Shown: positions 1-11,702 of the stretch, in pieces
Layout: every line of letters starts with the position of its first letter
How positions within the stretch are numbered: the first letter of the stretch is position 1
Source: an uncultured Actinomycetota bacterium
GTDB taxonomy: Bacteria > Actinomycetota > Actinomycetes > Propionibacteriales > Propionibacteriaceae
Reading direction: 5' to 3'
Assembly (NCBI GenBank): GCA_963723605.1
Contig: CAVRRM010000011.1
Location: 23,367 to 87,366, forward strand
DNA: 64,000 nt
The notes under the pieces: model-generated
The model's database searches: none
Told to the model about the DNA's origin: nothing
The model's input: only the letters and a program-made list of their open reading frames with translations
Made by a program: the position numbers and the translations under genes

Positions 1-2
1 CG

Positions 3-1230
3 GTCGTCGATGCCGCCCTGCGAGCAGCTTTTCGCCAGGAGTGGTCACACATCGTGGCAACCATGATCCGGATCACCGGTGACTGGGACGTGGCCGAAGA
101 CGCTACCGCGGGCGCCTTCGAGCGAGCGGCGGTGACCTGGCCGAGAGATGGCGTGCCACGTAGCCCCGGAGCCTGGTTGACCACTGCGGCCCGCAATCTC
201 GCCATGGACCGGCTCCGCCGGCGCGGCGTCGAGTCGGCAAGACTCAAGGAGTTGGGTGTGTTGGAGCACCGCTACCCGGCAGGGAGTGACCCGGAGCTGG
301 CCGCTCTGGCTGATCCGGACTGGGACGATCGGCTGCGCCTGGTCTTCACCTGCGCGCACCCGGCGCTGCCGCTTGAGGCCCGGGTTGCGCTCACCCTCCG
401 CACCGTCGGCGGGCTGACCACACCAGAGATCGCCCGGGCCTTCATGGTCGGCGAGGCGACGATGGCCCAGCGGCTGGTTCGAGCCAAGGCGAAGATCGCG
501 CACGCCGGCATTCCGTACCGGGTTCCGTCGCCCGAGGCGCTTCCGGAGCGGCTGAGTGGGGTGCTCGCCGTGCTGTACCTGATCTACAACGAGGGCTACA
601 CGGCGACCTCCGGTGCCGAGTTGCTGCGCACCGACCTGACCGCCGAGGCGATCAGGCTGACTCGGCTGGTCACCTTGCTGCTGCCCGATCCGGAGGCGGT
701 TGCGCTGCTGGCCCTGATGTTGCTGCAGCATTCTCGGCAGCACACCCGGGTGGACGCCGGGGGAGACCTGATCCCGCTGGAGGAGCAGGACCGGACCCGG
801 TGGAACGCCGACGAGATCGGCGAGGGGCTCACGCTGCTCGCCGGCTCGGACGGCGCTGGTCGAGGCCCGTATCGGGTACAGGCCGAGATTCAGGCACTGC
901 ACGCCGCGGCTCCGGTGGCCGCGGCCACCAACTGGGCTGCGATCCGCTTGCGCTACGCGGAGCTGCCCCCGGCGCCGTTCGTCGAACTCAATCGAGCGAT
1001 CGCCACTGGCATGGCCGCAGGGGCCGGCCCAGGGCCTCGCCGCACTGGCCGAACTGGCGGACTCCGGACGCCTCGATGGCCATCATCTGCTCCCGGCTGC
1101 TCAGGCCGACCTCAGCCGCCGAGCCGGGCGGTCGGCGGATGCGGCGGCCTTCTACCGCGCCGCCCTGGCGCTGGCCCCGACCGAGCCGGAACGGCGCTAT
1201 CTGGCCCGCCGACTGTCAGAACCGGGCTGA
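3..1230 (+). CDS. ECF RNA polymerase sigma factor with C-terminal TPR-like extension (ECF42-like); 5' partial, frameshift near 1025
   Basis: AWLTTAARNLAMD (sigma region 2), DDRLRLVFTCAHPAL, GGLTTPEIARAF...MAQRLVRAK (region 4). The C-terminus continues in another frame (LDGHHLLPAAQADL...ERRYLARRL) to TGA at 1228-1230. Confidence 0.85.
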
Positions 1231-1314
1231 CCGAGGGTTCGTCCGTTGCCTTCCGGAACGGGTTCTAGGCGCGGTTCGTCTCACCAGGTGGGCGTGAAGA
1301 TCAATACAATTGTC

Positions 1315-1328
1315 TGAAAGCGCTTTCA
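1315..1328. promoter_or_regulatory. LacI-family operator palindrome TGAAAGCGCTTTCA
   Basis: Perfect 14-bp palindrome with a central CG core, upstream of a sugar operon that encodes a LacI regulator. Confidence 0.7.
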
Positions 1329-1528
1329 CACGCGTCCTGCAGGAACGAAGGCTGAACCCGGCCGGCCGGGCCAACGGGCGGCCGTCTTCGGCGTTGTCGG
1401 ACGGCTATCGGGGTCGCGCCACGGCAGCACAGACGCCCGTCGAACGGATCGAGCGAAGCGCCTTGGTCGGTCTCGGAAACTCTGCCCCAAGGTCACGATC
1501 CAATCACTCCCTGCCGCAGTGCTTGCCT

Positions 1529-1544
1529 ACTTAAGCGCTTAAGT
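1529..1544. promoter_or_regulatory. LacI-family operator palindrome ACTTAAGCGCTTAAGT
   Basis: Perfect 16-bp AT-rich palindrome with an AAGCGCTT core in a high-GC background. Confidence 0.7.
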
Positions 1545-1708
1545 CTACGGTGTGCGCAAGCGCTGAAACGTCCCGGCGCGGGTCGCCGTGAACGCAGGAT
1601 CAACCCTGCTTGACGGCGAATCCGGGTAAGGCCGCCCGCCCCGGGTCTGATCCCGGCAGCAGCGCGATAACGATTGTGAAACAGCCGCGGATAATCGGCC
1701 TGTTCGCA

Positions 1709-1722
1709 TGAAAGCGTTTCCA
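1709..1722. promoter_or_regulatory. LacI-family operator-like site TGAAAGCGTTTCCA
   Basis: Near copy of the 1315 site, about 90 bp upstream of the GH2 start. Confidence 0.6.
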
Positions 1723-1811
1723 TACTCGGCTACGGTTCGATCCGACGGAGCGGCCGCGAGGGGGCGCCGATCCGAATCCGCAGCACCGAACGGGAGAGTC
1801 GAGGAGGACTC

Positions 1812-4376
1812 GTGGTCAAAGACCCGCTGCAGCTGACCGCCTTGGAGTGGACAGTGCGCGCAACGCCATCCGGCCCGGCCTGGAGCCAGGTTCCCGACGC
1901 CGTCCGAGCGCGGGTGTCGGCGGGCATTCCGGCTCAGGTACCGGGAGTGGTGCACACCGACCTGATGTCAGCGGGACTCCTCGAGGACCCCTACCTGGGC
2001 CTGGCCGAGCGCGAACAGGAGTGGGTGGGTGCGCAGACCTGGACCTACACCTGCGTCTTCGGGCTCGGCGACGACTCTTCCGAGATCGAGGCCGAGAACG
2101 TCGATCTGCTCTGCGATGGGCTGGACACCGTCGCCGAGGTGCTGGTCAACGGGCTGCCGGTGGGTCGCTCGGTGAACATGCATCGGCGCAACGTGTTTGC
2201 GATCCGGCCGCTGCTCCGGGTGGGGCTCAACCAGCTTGAGGTGGTCTTCTCGCCGGCCCTTGAGTACGTCGCCGAGATGAAGGACCTGCTCGGTGCGCGC
2301 CCGCACGTCGAGCGCGACGACTACAACCTGATTCGCAAGATGGCCTGCAACTTCGGCTGGGACTGGGGCCCCAGGCTGATCACCGCGGGCATCTGGCGGC
2401 CGCTGCAGCCTGCGGGCCTGGAACCATGCCCGGGTACTCGACGTGGCCATCCAGGGCACCGCCAGCCGAACCGAGGACGGTGAATGGGTCGGGCACCTGA
2501 ACGTCCAGACGCACCTGACCGGTGAACTGCGGTTCGCCGGCCTGACCGTCAAAGTCAGCGGCCACGAGGCGAGCGCGACGCTCGGAGTTCCGGCCACCGA
2601 CTGGACCGAGGCCAGCCTGGACATCACCGGCATCGAGCCGTGGTGGCCGCACTCGCTGGGTGACCAGCCCCTCTACGACGTCGAGATCGTCTTCCACAAC
2701 GACTCTGCGGTGCTCGACCGGGTACACCGGCGCACCGGGTTCCGATCCAGCACACTCGACACCACCCCGGATGCCGACGGCAACGGCGCGAGCTTCGGCC
2801 TGGTGATCAACGGCGAGCAGGTCTTTGTCCGGGGCGCCAACTGGATTCCCGACGACTGCTTCGTCAGCCGGGTCACTCCGCAGCGATACCGCGAGCGGAT
2901 CCAGCAGGCCAAGGACGCCAACATCGACCTGTTGCGCATCTGGGGTGGCGGCATCTATGAGTCCAACGACTTCTACGCCGCCTGTGACGAACTCGGGGTG
3001 ATGGTCTGGCAGGACTTCTGCCTGGCCTGCGCGGCCTATCCGGAGGAAGAGCCGTTCTGGTCGGAGTTCGAGGCCGAGGCCCGGGACAACATCGTCCGGC
3101 TGTCGGCGCACCCGTCCCTGGTGATCTGGAACGGAAACAACGAGAACATCTGGGGCCACGACGAGTGGAACTGGGCCGATCAGCCCGGCGGCACCAAGAC
3201 CTGGGGCTCGGGCTACTACTACGACCTGTTCCCGCGGGTGCTCAGCGAACTCGACACCAGCCGGCCCTACTGGCACGGCAGCCCGTCGTCCGGTTCGCCG
3301 GACCTGCAGCCGAACGACCCGAACTACGGCTGCATGCACATCTGGGACGTCTGGAACGAGCGCGACTACACCGGTTACGACGACTATGCGCCCCGGTTCG
3401 CCTCCGAGTTCGGCTACCAGGGGCCGGCCACCTTCGCCACCTGGGCCCGTGCGGTCGAACCCGCCGACCGGGCCGCCGGCTCGGCTGTGCTGCTCGCCCA
3501 TCAAAAGGCGCAGGGCGGCAACGACAAGCTGAACCTGGGCATCAGCCGGCCACCTGCCCGCACCGGGGGAGAGTGCCGCCGACTTCGACGACTGGCTGTA
3601 CGCCATGCAGCTGCAGCAGGCCCGGGCGGTCCGCTACGGCGTCGAGCGCTGGCGGTCGCTGCGCGGCCGGTGCCTGGGTTCGATCGTCTGGCAGTTGAAC
3701 GACTGCTGGCCGGTCACCTCATGGGCGGCGCTCGACCTGGGCACCGATGCCACCGGGGCGCCGGTGGCCCGCCGCAAACTGCTCTGGTACGGGCTGCGCT
3801 CGGCCTACGCCGACCACCTGATCACCCTGCAACGCGACGGGGCACGCCTGGCGGCTGGCCCTGGTCAACGACGGAACGGACGTCTGGGCTGCCGAGGGGC
3901 GGGTCGAGCTGCGCAGCCTCGCCGGCGACGTGCTGTGGTCGTACCGGCTGGCTCGACAGGTGCCCGTCCGCGATCTGGTGGAGGTCGACATCCGGCCCGA
4001 CGCGGTGGACGCGCTGCCCGCCGAACTGGCCCTGGTGGTAACGCTGACCGGAGCCGAGCGGGCCGTGAAGCTGCTGGTCGAGGACGTCGACGCGGCTCTG
4101 CCGCCGGGCAGCTTCGAGGCCACTGCCGCACTTGACCGCAACCGGCGCGTCGGTGACCGTGACGGCCGGCTCGTTCCTGCGCTCGCTGTGCCTGTTTCCG
4201 GACCGGGTCGCCGAGAACGCCTGGGCGGACTCCGCGATGGTCGACCTGTTCCCCGGCGAGAGCCACACCTTCGAGGTCTCCGGAGAACTTCTCCGGGCAC
4301 CCGGCCGACGAGCTCATCGGAGTATCCGGTGCTGCGGTCCCTGACCGATTCGCTGACCCCTAGTGAGGCCGTATGA
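1812..4376 (+). CDS. GH2 beta-mannosidase (several frameshifts)
   Basis: RKMACNFGWDWGP, RGANWIP, LRIWGGGIYE, WQDF, WNGNNE, RFASEFG and WQLNDCWP motifs are spread over ORF fragments 1812-2483, 2443-4041, 3605-4135, 3930-4376 and 4132-4344. Confidence 0.88.
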
Positions 4377-4514
4377 GGGTGGCCTGATCCGACCGCGCCG
4401 GGCAACGCCGGCCGGCGCGCGCAGTACCTGCCGTATCGCAGTTCCGTTCAGAACAAGCAGCACAACCAGTAACCACACCAACCCCCCGCCAGGGGTTCAT
4501 CATTGGAGGAATCA

Positions 4515-6321
4515 ATGTCAGATCCGGTGTTCGGACTTCCGTCCCGCCGTTCGTTCCTGAAGCTGGGTGGCCTCGCCGTCGGCGGCCTCGCACTCGCCGC
4601 CTGCGCCGGCGCTCCGGCCGCCAGCACCAGCGCCACCGGTGGCGCTCCCGCCGAGAAGAAGGGTGTCGGCAACAACGGCCAGACCGGCAAGGGCCGTTCC
4701 GGGATCGCTGGCGACACCCTGTTCATCGCCGGCCATCAGTGGGGCCCGCCGGCCAACTTCAACCCGCTGTCGCCGACCGCCGCCTGGCCGGCGACCGGCA
4801 ACAACAATCAGTACATCTACGAGACCGCTCTGCGCTGGAACATTCTGACCGGCGAGATCATGCCCGGGCTGGCCTCTGCCTACAAGGTCGACGGCACCAA
4901 CTCGATCACCCTGACCATGCAGGACGGCGACGATGTGGTCCGACGGTCAGCCGCTGACCGCCAAGGACGTGGCCTACACGTTCAACTTGGGCAAGCGCAA
5001 CGACAGCCTGCAGGTCAACTCGTTCCTGGCTTTCGCCTCGATCGCGGCCACCGACGACAAGACCGTGATGGTCACCATCGATCAGAAGACCAAGAACGTC
5101 AGCGAGGTGCTCCGCCAGCTGTGTGAGCAGTACGTCTTCCCGATGCACGTCTTCGAGAAGATCGCCGACGACAAGTTGATGACTGAACAGATGGACAAGC
5201 CGATCGGCTCGGGTCCGTTCCCGCTCAGCAAGGCCGACCAGACCCAGGTCGTGATGAAGCGCAACGACAGCTACTGGGGCAAGACCTTCTACGGTGGCCT
5301 GCCGTCGTTCAGTCAGATCATCCATCCGATCTTCAAGTCCAACGAGGACGCCAACCTCAAGATCCAGAGCAACGAGATCGATATCGCTCAGACCTTCATC
5401 CCGCAGCTGTGGAAGATGTGGGAGGGCGGCAAACCGGTCGGTACGTTCCTCAAGGCCAAGCCCTACTTCGTGCCAGGCTCGATGCCCATGTTGCTGATCA
5501 ACACCACCAAGAAGGGCCTGGACAACCCTGCGGTACGCAAGGCGATCGCCTCTGCAATCGACTACTCGGCCATCGCCGAGACCGCGATGTCGGGCTACTC
5601 CGGCGACGTGAAGGCGTCTCTGATCCTGCCGTCCGGCGCCGAGGGCAAGTTCTTCAACGAGGCCGACGCCACCGCCAACGGTTGGAAGTTCGACGCGGTC
5701 GCCGCCGAGAAACTGCTCACCGACGCGGGCGCTACCAAGGGTTCCGACGGCGTCTACACCATCGGTGGCACTCGGCTGGGCCCGTACAAGCTGATCACGC
5801 CGACCGGCTGGACCGACTGGAACGCGGCCTGCGAGATCGTGGCCAAGAACCTGAAGGCGATCGGCATGGACGTCTCGACCAACTTCCCACAGCAGGCCGA
5901 GACCACCCAGCAAATCCAGGGCGGCACCTTCGACCTGGCCTGCTGGTACGTGTCGGGGGTGAACTCCTCCAGCCCGTGGGCGAGGTTCAAGGACATCATG
6001 AGCCAGTCGGAGATGAAGCCGATCGGCAAGACCACCTTCGCCAACTACGGACGCTGGCAGAACGCCGAGGTCGAGGCCATGCTGACCGAGGCCGCTCAGG
6101 CGGTCGACGACGCGGCCAAGAAGGCGGCCTACGACAAGCTGGACTCGCTGTACCGCAAGGAGGTTCCGTCCTGCCCGCTGATGTACCGGCCGGATGAGTT
6201 CTACATCTACAACGCGACAAACTTCTACAACTGGCCGGACGAGAACAACGCCTACGCCCCGCCGATGCTGCGTGGTGCAGGTAACACCTGGTTGTTCAAG
6301 ATCGCGAAGGTTGCCGGCTGA
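4515..6321 (+). CDS. Family 5 (OppA-type) ABC substrate-binding lipoprotein with Tat signal, probably binding oligosaccharides; frameshift near 4930
   Basis: SRRSFLK twin-arginine motif, LAAC lipobox, WSDGQPLTAKDVAYTF and PIGSGPF. Confidence 0.88.
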
Positions 6322-6353
6322 GCCTCGGCTCAGTCAAAAGGAGTTGTAGGGCC

Positions 6354-7364
6354 ATGGGTCTCCGTCGATACATCGGCAACAAGGCACTGTGGTACCTGGG
6401 CGCGCTCGTGGTGGCAGTGGTGTTGAACTTTCTGCTACCACGGCTCGTTCCCGGTAACCCGGTGGACGTGATCGTCTCGAACATGGCACAAGGTGCCAAC
6501 ATCAGCAGCGAACAGCAGGCCAAGATCTACGAACAGTTCGTTCGTGAGTTCGGCCTCGACCAGCCGATGTGGCAGCAGTTCATCACCTTCGTGACGAGCG
6601 CCGTGCAAGGGGATCTGGGTACGTCGTTCTCGTACTATCCGACCCCCGTGTCGGAGCTGGTCGGGCAAGCGCTGCCCTGGACCCTGGCCCTACAACTTCC
6701 GGCCATCATCCTCGGCTGGATCATCGGTAACGTGATCGGCGCCATCGCCGCCTACAAGGGCGGCGGCTGGGACAGGTCGGTGTTCACCTCGTCGCTGTTC
6801 CTGTCGTCGATGCCCTACTACTGCCTGTCGATCCTGTTGTTGTACGGGCTCGCGGTGGTGCTGGGCTGGTTCCCGGTCGGTGGCGCCTATTCCCTGGGCC
6901 TCTCGCCGGAGTGGAGTTGGGACTTCTTCTCCGACGCGCTCACCTACTTCTGGCTGCCGTTCCTCTCGCTGGTGCTGATCAACATCGGTGGTCAGGCGGT
7001 CGGCATGCGTTCGATGGCTATCTACGAACTGGGCTCCGACTACGTGAACTACTCCCGCGGCCTGGGTATCGGTGACGCCAAGATGACCCGTTACATCTTC
7101 GGCAACGCGATGCTGCCGCAGGTCACTGGGTTGGCGCTCAGCATCGGCACCATGGTCGGCGGGGCGCTGATCACCGAGTTGGTGTTCAACTATCCGGGCA
7201 TGGGCTCGCTGCTGTTCAACGCGATCTCGTCCAACGACTACCCGATCATCCAAGGTGTTGCGCTGATGATCACGGTGGCGGTGCTGATCGCCAACTTCGC
7301 CGTCGAGGTCGTCTACGGCTTCATCGATCCCCGCATCCGTGCGGCCAAGTCCGGGGAGAAGTGA
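6354..7364 (+). CDS. ABC transporter permease (OppB-type)
   Basis: Hydrophobic, with PGNPVD, FGLDQP and ITELVFNYPGMG. Confidence 0.92.
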   Translation: MGLRRYIGNKALWYLGALVVAVVLNFLLPRLVPGNPVDVIVSNMAQGANISSEQQAKIYEQFVREFGLDQPMWQQFITFVTSAVQGDLGTSFSYYPTPVSELVGQALPWTLALQLPAIILGWIIGNVIGAIAAYKGGGWDRSVFTSSLFLSSMPYYCLSILLLYGLAVVLGWFPVGGAYSLGLSPEWSWDFFSDALTYFWLPFLSLVLINIGGQAVGMRSMAIYELGSDYVNYSRGLGIGDAKMTRYIFGNAMLPQVTGLALSIGTMVGGALITELVFNYPGMGSLLFNAISSNDYPIIQGVALMITVAVLIANFAVEVVYGFIDPRIRAAKSGEK

Positions 7365-7365
7365 C

Positions 7366-8391
7366 ATGAGCGGTATCGTTCCCGGCCCGATCCTCACAGA
7401 GGTCGAGGCAGCCAGCCCGCAGCCCGAACTGCCGGCCGGCAAGCCGAAGCCGGCCTGGCTCAGCCTGAACTTCGGCTCGCGGTTCTGGATCGCGATCGGC
7501 ATCATCCTGGGCGTCGCCGCGCTGGCCTTCGTCGGCAGTGCTGTCTACCCCTACCCGCCCGATCTTCAGGTCGGCGGGCTGTACGACCCGCCAAGTGCCG
7601 AGCACCTCCTGGGCACCGACAACTTCGGTCACGACGTGCTGTCGGTGCTGATGGCAGGCACGCGCAACTCGCTCTTCACCGGCCTGCTGGCCGGCACCCT
7701 GGCCACCCTGATCGGCGTGCTGATCGGCGTTCTGGCCGGTTATGTCGGCGGCTGGCTCGAAGAGCTGCTGATGGGCATCACCAACATCGTGCTGGCCATT
7801 CCGGCCATCATCGTGCTGATTCTGATCTCGATCTCGCTGCAGAGCACCAATATCGAGTTCCTGAAGGGCTTCACCGGGCTGGCCCTGGTGATCGGAATCA
7901 CCGCGTGGCCCTGGACGGCTCGCGCCGTCCGTGCCCAGGCGAGTTCGGTGGCCACCCGTGAGCACATCGATGTGGCGAAGCTGTCCGGTGCCCGCACGCC
8001 GAGCATTCTGCTCACCGACGTGCTGCCGTACCTGGCCAGTTACGTGGTGATGGCGTTCGTGCTGCAGGTGGCCAGCGCCATTCTCGCCGAATCCACCCTC
8101 TCGCTGCTCGGCCTCGGGCCGTCCGGCACCCAATCGCTGGGCATCCAGCTGCATTGGGCGCTGGCCTTCCAGGCGGTGGCGTCCGGCTCCTGGTGGGCTT
8201 TCCTGCCGCCGACCATCGTGCTGACCCTGATCAGCTTCGGGTTGTTGTTCCTGCAGTCATCGCTGGACGAGGTGTTCAACCCCAGGCTCCGCCGGGGCAA
8301 GAAGAAGAACCTGGCCAAGGCCGCCTCCCGGCGCGCCGCGACGGCCAAGAAGCTGGCCGAGCAGGCCGAGGGTGTGGAGGTTCCGGCATGA
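7366..8391 (+). CDS. ABC transporter permease (OppC-type)
   Basis: HLLGTDNFGHDV, ARAVRAQ, ESTLSLLGLG. Confidence 0.92.
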   Translation: MSGIVPGPILTEVEAASPQPELPAGKPKPAWLSLNFGSRFWIAIGIILGVAALAFVGSAVYPYPPDLQVGGLYDPPSAEHLLGTDNFGHDVLSVLMAGTRNSLFTGLLAGTLATLIGVLIGVLAGYVGGWLEELLMGITNIVLAIPAIIVLILISISLQSTNIEFLKGFTGLALVIGITAWPWTARAVRAQASSVATREHIDVAKLSGARTPSILLTDVLPYLASYVVMAFVLQVASAILAESTLSLLGLGPSGTQSLGIQLHWALAFQAVASGSWWAFLPPTIVLTLISFGLLFLQSSLDEVFNPRLRRGKKKNLAKAASRRAATAKKLAEQAEGVEVPA

Positions 8392-9416
8392 GCAAGGTTC
8401 TGATGAAGGCGAGCGACGTCACTGCCGTCTACGCGGCCGACAATGGCCGCGACGTACCGGCCGTCGACGATGTCACGATCGAGGTGCCGCAGGGCACCAT
8501 CGTCGGCCTGGCCGGCGAGTCCGGCTGCGGCAAGTCCACTCTGGGCAACGCATTGGCCATGATCGCCAACCCGCCCCTGTACGTGGTCAACGGACAGCTC
8601 GAGATCGACGGCCAGACGATCGATCTGAGCACCCTCGACCCCGCGGCGAACAAGCGGCATCGAAAGTACCGAGGCGACATCGTCTCGTTGCTGCCACAGG
8701 GTGCCATGAACGCGGTCAGCCCGACCCTGAAGATCAAGGACCTGGTCGTCGACGTGCTGCGCGCCCACGACCGGCACTACAAGAAGTCCGACGCCATGGA
8801 CCTGGCCACCGATCGGTTGAAGATGCTGGAGATGCCCACCCGGGTGCTCGACTCGTACGCACATCAGCTGTCCGGCGGCATGAAGCAGCGGATGGTCACG
8901 GTGGTCTCGACCCTGCTGAACCCGAAGCTGCTGGTTGCCGACGAACCGACGTCCGCTTTGGACGTGTCGAGCCAGAAGGCGCTGATCGAGATGCTGCTGG
9001 CCATGGTCGAGAAGCAGATCATGTCAGGGGTGATCTTCATCACCCACGACCTGCCGGTGCTGTCCATGGTCACCGACCGGCTGGCCATCATGTACGCCGG
9101 CAAGATCATCGAGACCGGCCGCACCGACGACCTGGTGAACAACGCCCGGCATCCCTACACCTCGGCGCTGCTGGCCTCGGTGCTCGACCCGACCGAGGAG
9201 ACCCGAACCAAGCACGTGCTCGGCATTCCGGGTGCACCGCCCAACCTGGGCAACCCGCCGTCCGGCTGCCGGTTCCATCCCCGCTGCAAGTTCGCCATGG
9301 ACGTCTGCTCGAAGCAGGAGCCGCCCACGTTGCAGGAGGGCGATCACCAGTTCGCCTGTTGGTGGGCCAAGGAACACCCGCGCCAGACCGTTCCGATGGA
9401 GGTGATCCACGCATGA
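8388..9416 (+). CDS. ABC ATP-binding protein (OppD-type)
   Basis: GESGCGKS, LSGGMKQR, ADEPTSALD and C-terminal GCRFHPRC. Confidence 0.93.
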   Translation: MSKVLMKASDVTAVYAADNGRDVPAVDDVTIEVPQGTIVGLAGESGCGKSTLGNALAMIANPPLYVVNGQLEIDGQTIDLSTLDPAANKRHRKYRGDIVSLLPQGAMNAVSPTLKIKDLVVDVLRAHDRHYKKSDAMDLATDRLKMLEMPTRVLDSYAHQLSGGMKQRMVTVVSTLLNPKLLVADEPTSALDVSSQKALIEMLLAMVEKQIMSGVIFITHDLPVLSMVTDRLAIMYAGKIIETGRTDDLVNNARHPYTSALLASVLDPTEETRTKHVLGIPGAPPNLGNPPSGCRFHPRCKFAMDVCSKQEPPTLQEGDHQFACWWAKEHPRQTVPMEVIHA

Positions 9417-10258
9417 GTGACGCAGCAACCGCCGCAATCGCGGCAGACACGTCCCAGCCGGTGCTGTCGGCTCGGAATGTGACCAAGCAGTTCAAGGTGG
9501 CCGGTGGCCAGATCACCGCCGTGGACGACGTCAGCGTCGACTTTCACGCCGGCAAGGTGCTGGCCGTGGTGGGGGAGTCAGGGTCCGGCAAGTCCACCCT
9601 GGCCCGGATGCTGCTGCGGCTGATGCCGGTGACCAGCGGCACCATCACCTACCTGGGCAAGGACGTCACCAACATCTCCGGACGCGAGCTGCGCCAATAC
9701 TGGCGCGACGTCCAGGCCGTGTTCCAGGACCCGTTCTCGGCCTTCAACCAGTTCTTCAGCGTCGGGCACATGCTGAAACGCAGCCTGCGACTGGCCGACC
9801 TGGATGCCGGCGGCGAGGACGCCCTGATCGAGAAGTGCCTCGGTTATGTGGGCCTGAGGTCGGCCGATGCGATGCACAAGTTTCCGCACCAGCTGTCCGG
9901 TGGCCAGCGCCAGCGGGTGATGATCGCCCGGGCGCTGATGATGAACCCGAAGGTGCTGCTGGCCGACGAGGCCACGTCCATGCTGGACGCCTCCCTGCGG
10001 GTGAGCGTGCTCAACGTGCTGCAGGACCTGCGCAAGAACCTGGGCATGACCGTGCTGTTCATCACCCACGACATCGGCCAGGCCTGCTACCTGGCGGACG
10101 AGGTGGTGGTGATGGAGCGCGGCCTGGTGGTCGAGCACGGCACCACCGACGAGGTGATCTTCGAGCCCAAGCACGACTACACCAAGCGACTGCTGGCAGA
10201 CGTGCCCGACCTCAAGGGCAGCCTGAAGAGCGCCAACTGGCGGCCCGGCAGCTACTGA
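9413..10258 (+). CDS. ABC ATP-binding protein (OppF-type)
   Basis: GESGSGKS, LSGGQRQR, ADEATSMLD. Confidence 0.93.
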   Translation: MSDAATAAIAADTSQPVLSARNVTKQFKVAGGQITAVDDVSVDFHAGKVLAVVGESGSGKSTLARMLLRLMPVTSGTITYLGKDVTNISGRELRQYWRDVQAVFQDPFSAFNQFFSVGHMLKRSLRLADLDAGGEDALIEKCLGYVGLRSADAMHKFPHQLSGGQRQRVMIARALMMNPKVLLADEATSMLDASLRVSVLNVLQDLRKNLGMTVLFITHDIGQACYLADEVVVMERGLVVEHGTTDEVIFEPKHDYTKRLLADVPDLKGSLKSANWRPGSY

Positions 10259-10291
10259 CCCCTGCAGCACGGATCTCGAAAGGTTGTGACG

Positions 10292-11653
10292 ATGACGGTG
10301 GAGTTTCCCCCCGGCTTCTTCTTCGGCTGCGCCACGTCGGCGTACCAGATCGAGGGCGCGGCCCACGAGGGCGGCAAGCAGGACTCGATCTGGGACGTGT
10401 TCTGCCGGGTGCCCGGTGCGATCGTCAACGCAGAAGACGGGTCCGTCGCCTGTGACCACTACCACCGCTACCGCGAGGACGTCGCGCTGATGGCCGAGCT
10501 GGGGCTGAACAGTTACCGGTTCTCGGTGTCGTGGCCGCGGGTGCTGGACGGCGACCGGGTGCTGACCGAGGGCATGGACTTCTACTCGCGACTGGTCGAC
10601 GAACTGCTGGCGAAGGGCATCGCGCCCTGGCTGACCCTGTACCACTGGGATCTGCCGGCTGCGCTGCCGGGCGGCTGGAAGAACCGCGACACCGCCGAGC
10701 GGTTCGTGGACTACGCGTTGGCCATGCACGATCGGCTGGGGGATCGGGTGCGCACCTGGACCACGCTGAACGAACCGTGGTGCTCGTCGTTCCTGAGCTA
10801 CGCGGCCGGTATCCACGCTCCGGGTGAAACCGATGTGGCCGACTCGATCCGGGCCGGCCATCACCTGCTGCTGGCGCACGGCAAAACAGTGCAGGCGCTG
10901 CGTGAACGCGACCCCGACGCCAGCCTGGGCATCACGCTCAACTTCACCCCGGCGATTCCCGCGTCCGAGGCTGCCGAGGATCTGGACGTCGCCCGCCGGG
11001 TGGACGGCACCGCCAACCGGTTCTTCGTCGAACCGATCATCACCGGGCACTACCCGTCCGACGTCCAGCAGGACCTGGCCGCGTACTGGCCGGACGATCT
11101 CGTCCAAGACGGCGACCTGGCCGCGATCAGCGCTCCGATCGACGTGCTGGGGGTGAACTACTACACCACCAACGTCTACCGCTCCGGCGAGGTCGCGGCC
11201 GGGCCGACCCCGCACATCGGGGCTCCGGACGCCGTCCAGGTGCTGCGCGACCTGCCGCTGACCGAGATGGGCTGGGAGGTGCATCCCGACGGGCTGCGGC
11301 AGCTGCTCAACCGGCTGCACGTCGAATACACCGGTGCGGCCGGGGTAGCCCTGGTGATCACCGAGAACGGCGCCGCCTTCGACGACGAGCCCGACCAGAA
11401 CGGGTTCGTGGACGACACCGCCGACCGGCTGGACTACCTGCGCACGCACCTGACCGCGGTGCACGGCGCGATCGGTGACGGCGCGGACGTGCGGGGCTAT
11501 CTGGCCTGGTCGTTCATGGACAACTTCGAATGGGCCCTTGGCTATCAGAAGCGGTTCGGCATCGTCGCCGTGGACGAGAACCAGCGCCGGATCCCGAAGG
11601 CGAGCGCGAACTGGTACGGCCAGGTGGCGCGCTCGGGTGTACTGACAGACTGA
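10292..11653 (+). CDS. GH1 beta-glucosidase
   Basis: ATSAYQIEG, catalytic TLNEPW and ITENG motifs, DNFEW. Confidence 0.95.
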   Translation: MTVEFPPGFFFGCATSAYQIEGAAHEGGKQDSIWDVFCRVPGAIVNAEDGSVACDHYHRYREDVALMAELGLNSYRFSVSWPRVLDGDRVLTEGMDFYSRLVDELLAKGIAPWLTLYHWDLPAALPGGWKNRDTAERFVDYALAMHDRLGDRVRTWTTLNEPWCSSFLSYAAGIHAPGETDVADSIRAGHHLLLAHGKTVQALRERDPDASLGITLNFTPAIPASEAAEDLDVARRVDGTANRFFVEPIITGHYPSDVQQDLAAYWPDDLVQDGDLAAISAPIDVLGVNYYTTNVYRSGEVAAGPTPHIGAPDAVQVLRDLPLTEMGWEVHPDGLRQLLNRLHVEYTGAAGVALVITENGAAFDDEPDQNGFVDDTADRLDYLRTHLTAVHGAIGDGADVRGYLAWSFMDNFEWALGYQKRFGIVAVDENQRRIPKASANWYGQVARSGVLTD

Positions 11654-11702
11654 CCGCCGGCCCGCCACGCGGTGGGCGGCATCATCGATAGGAGACGAGG
11701 AC

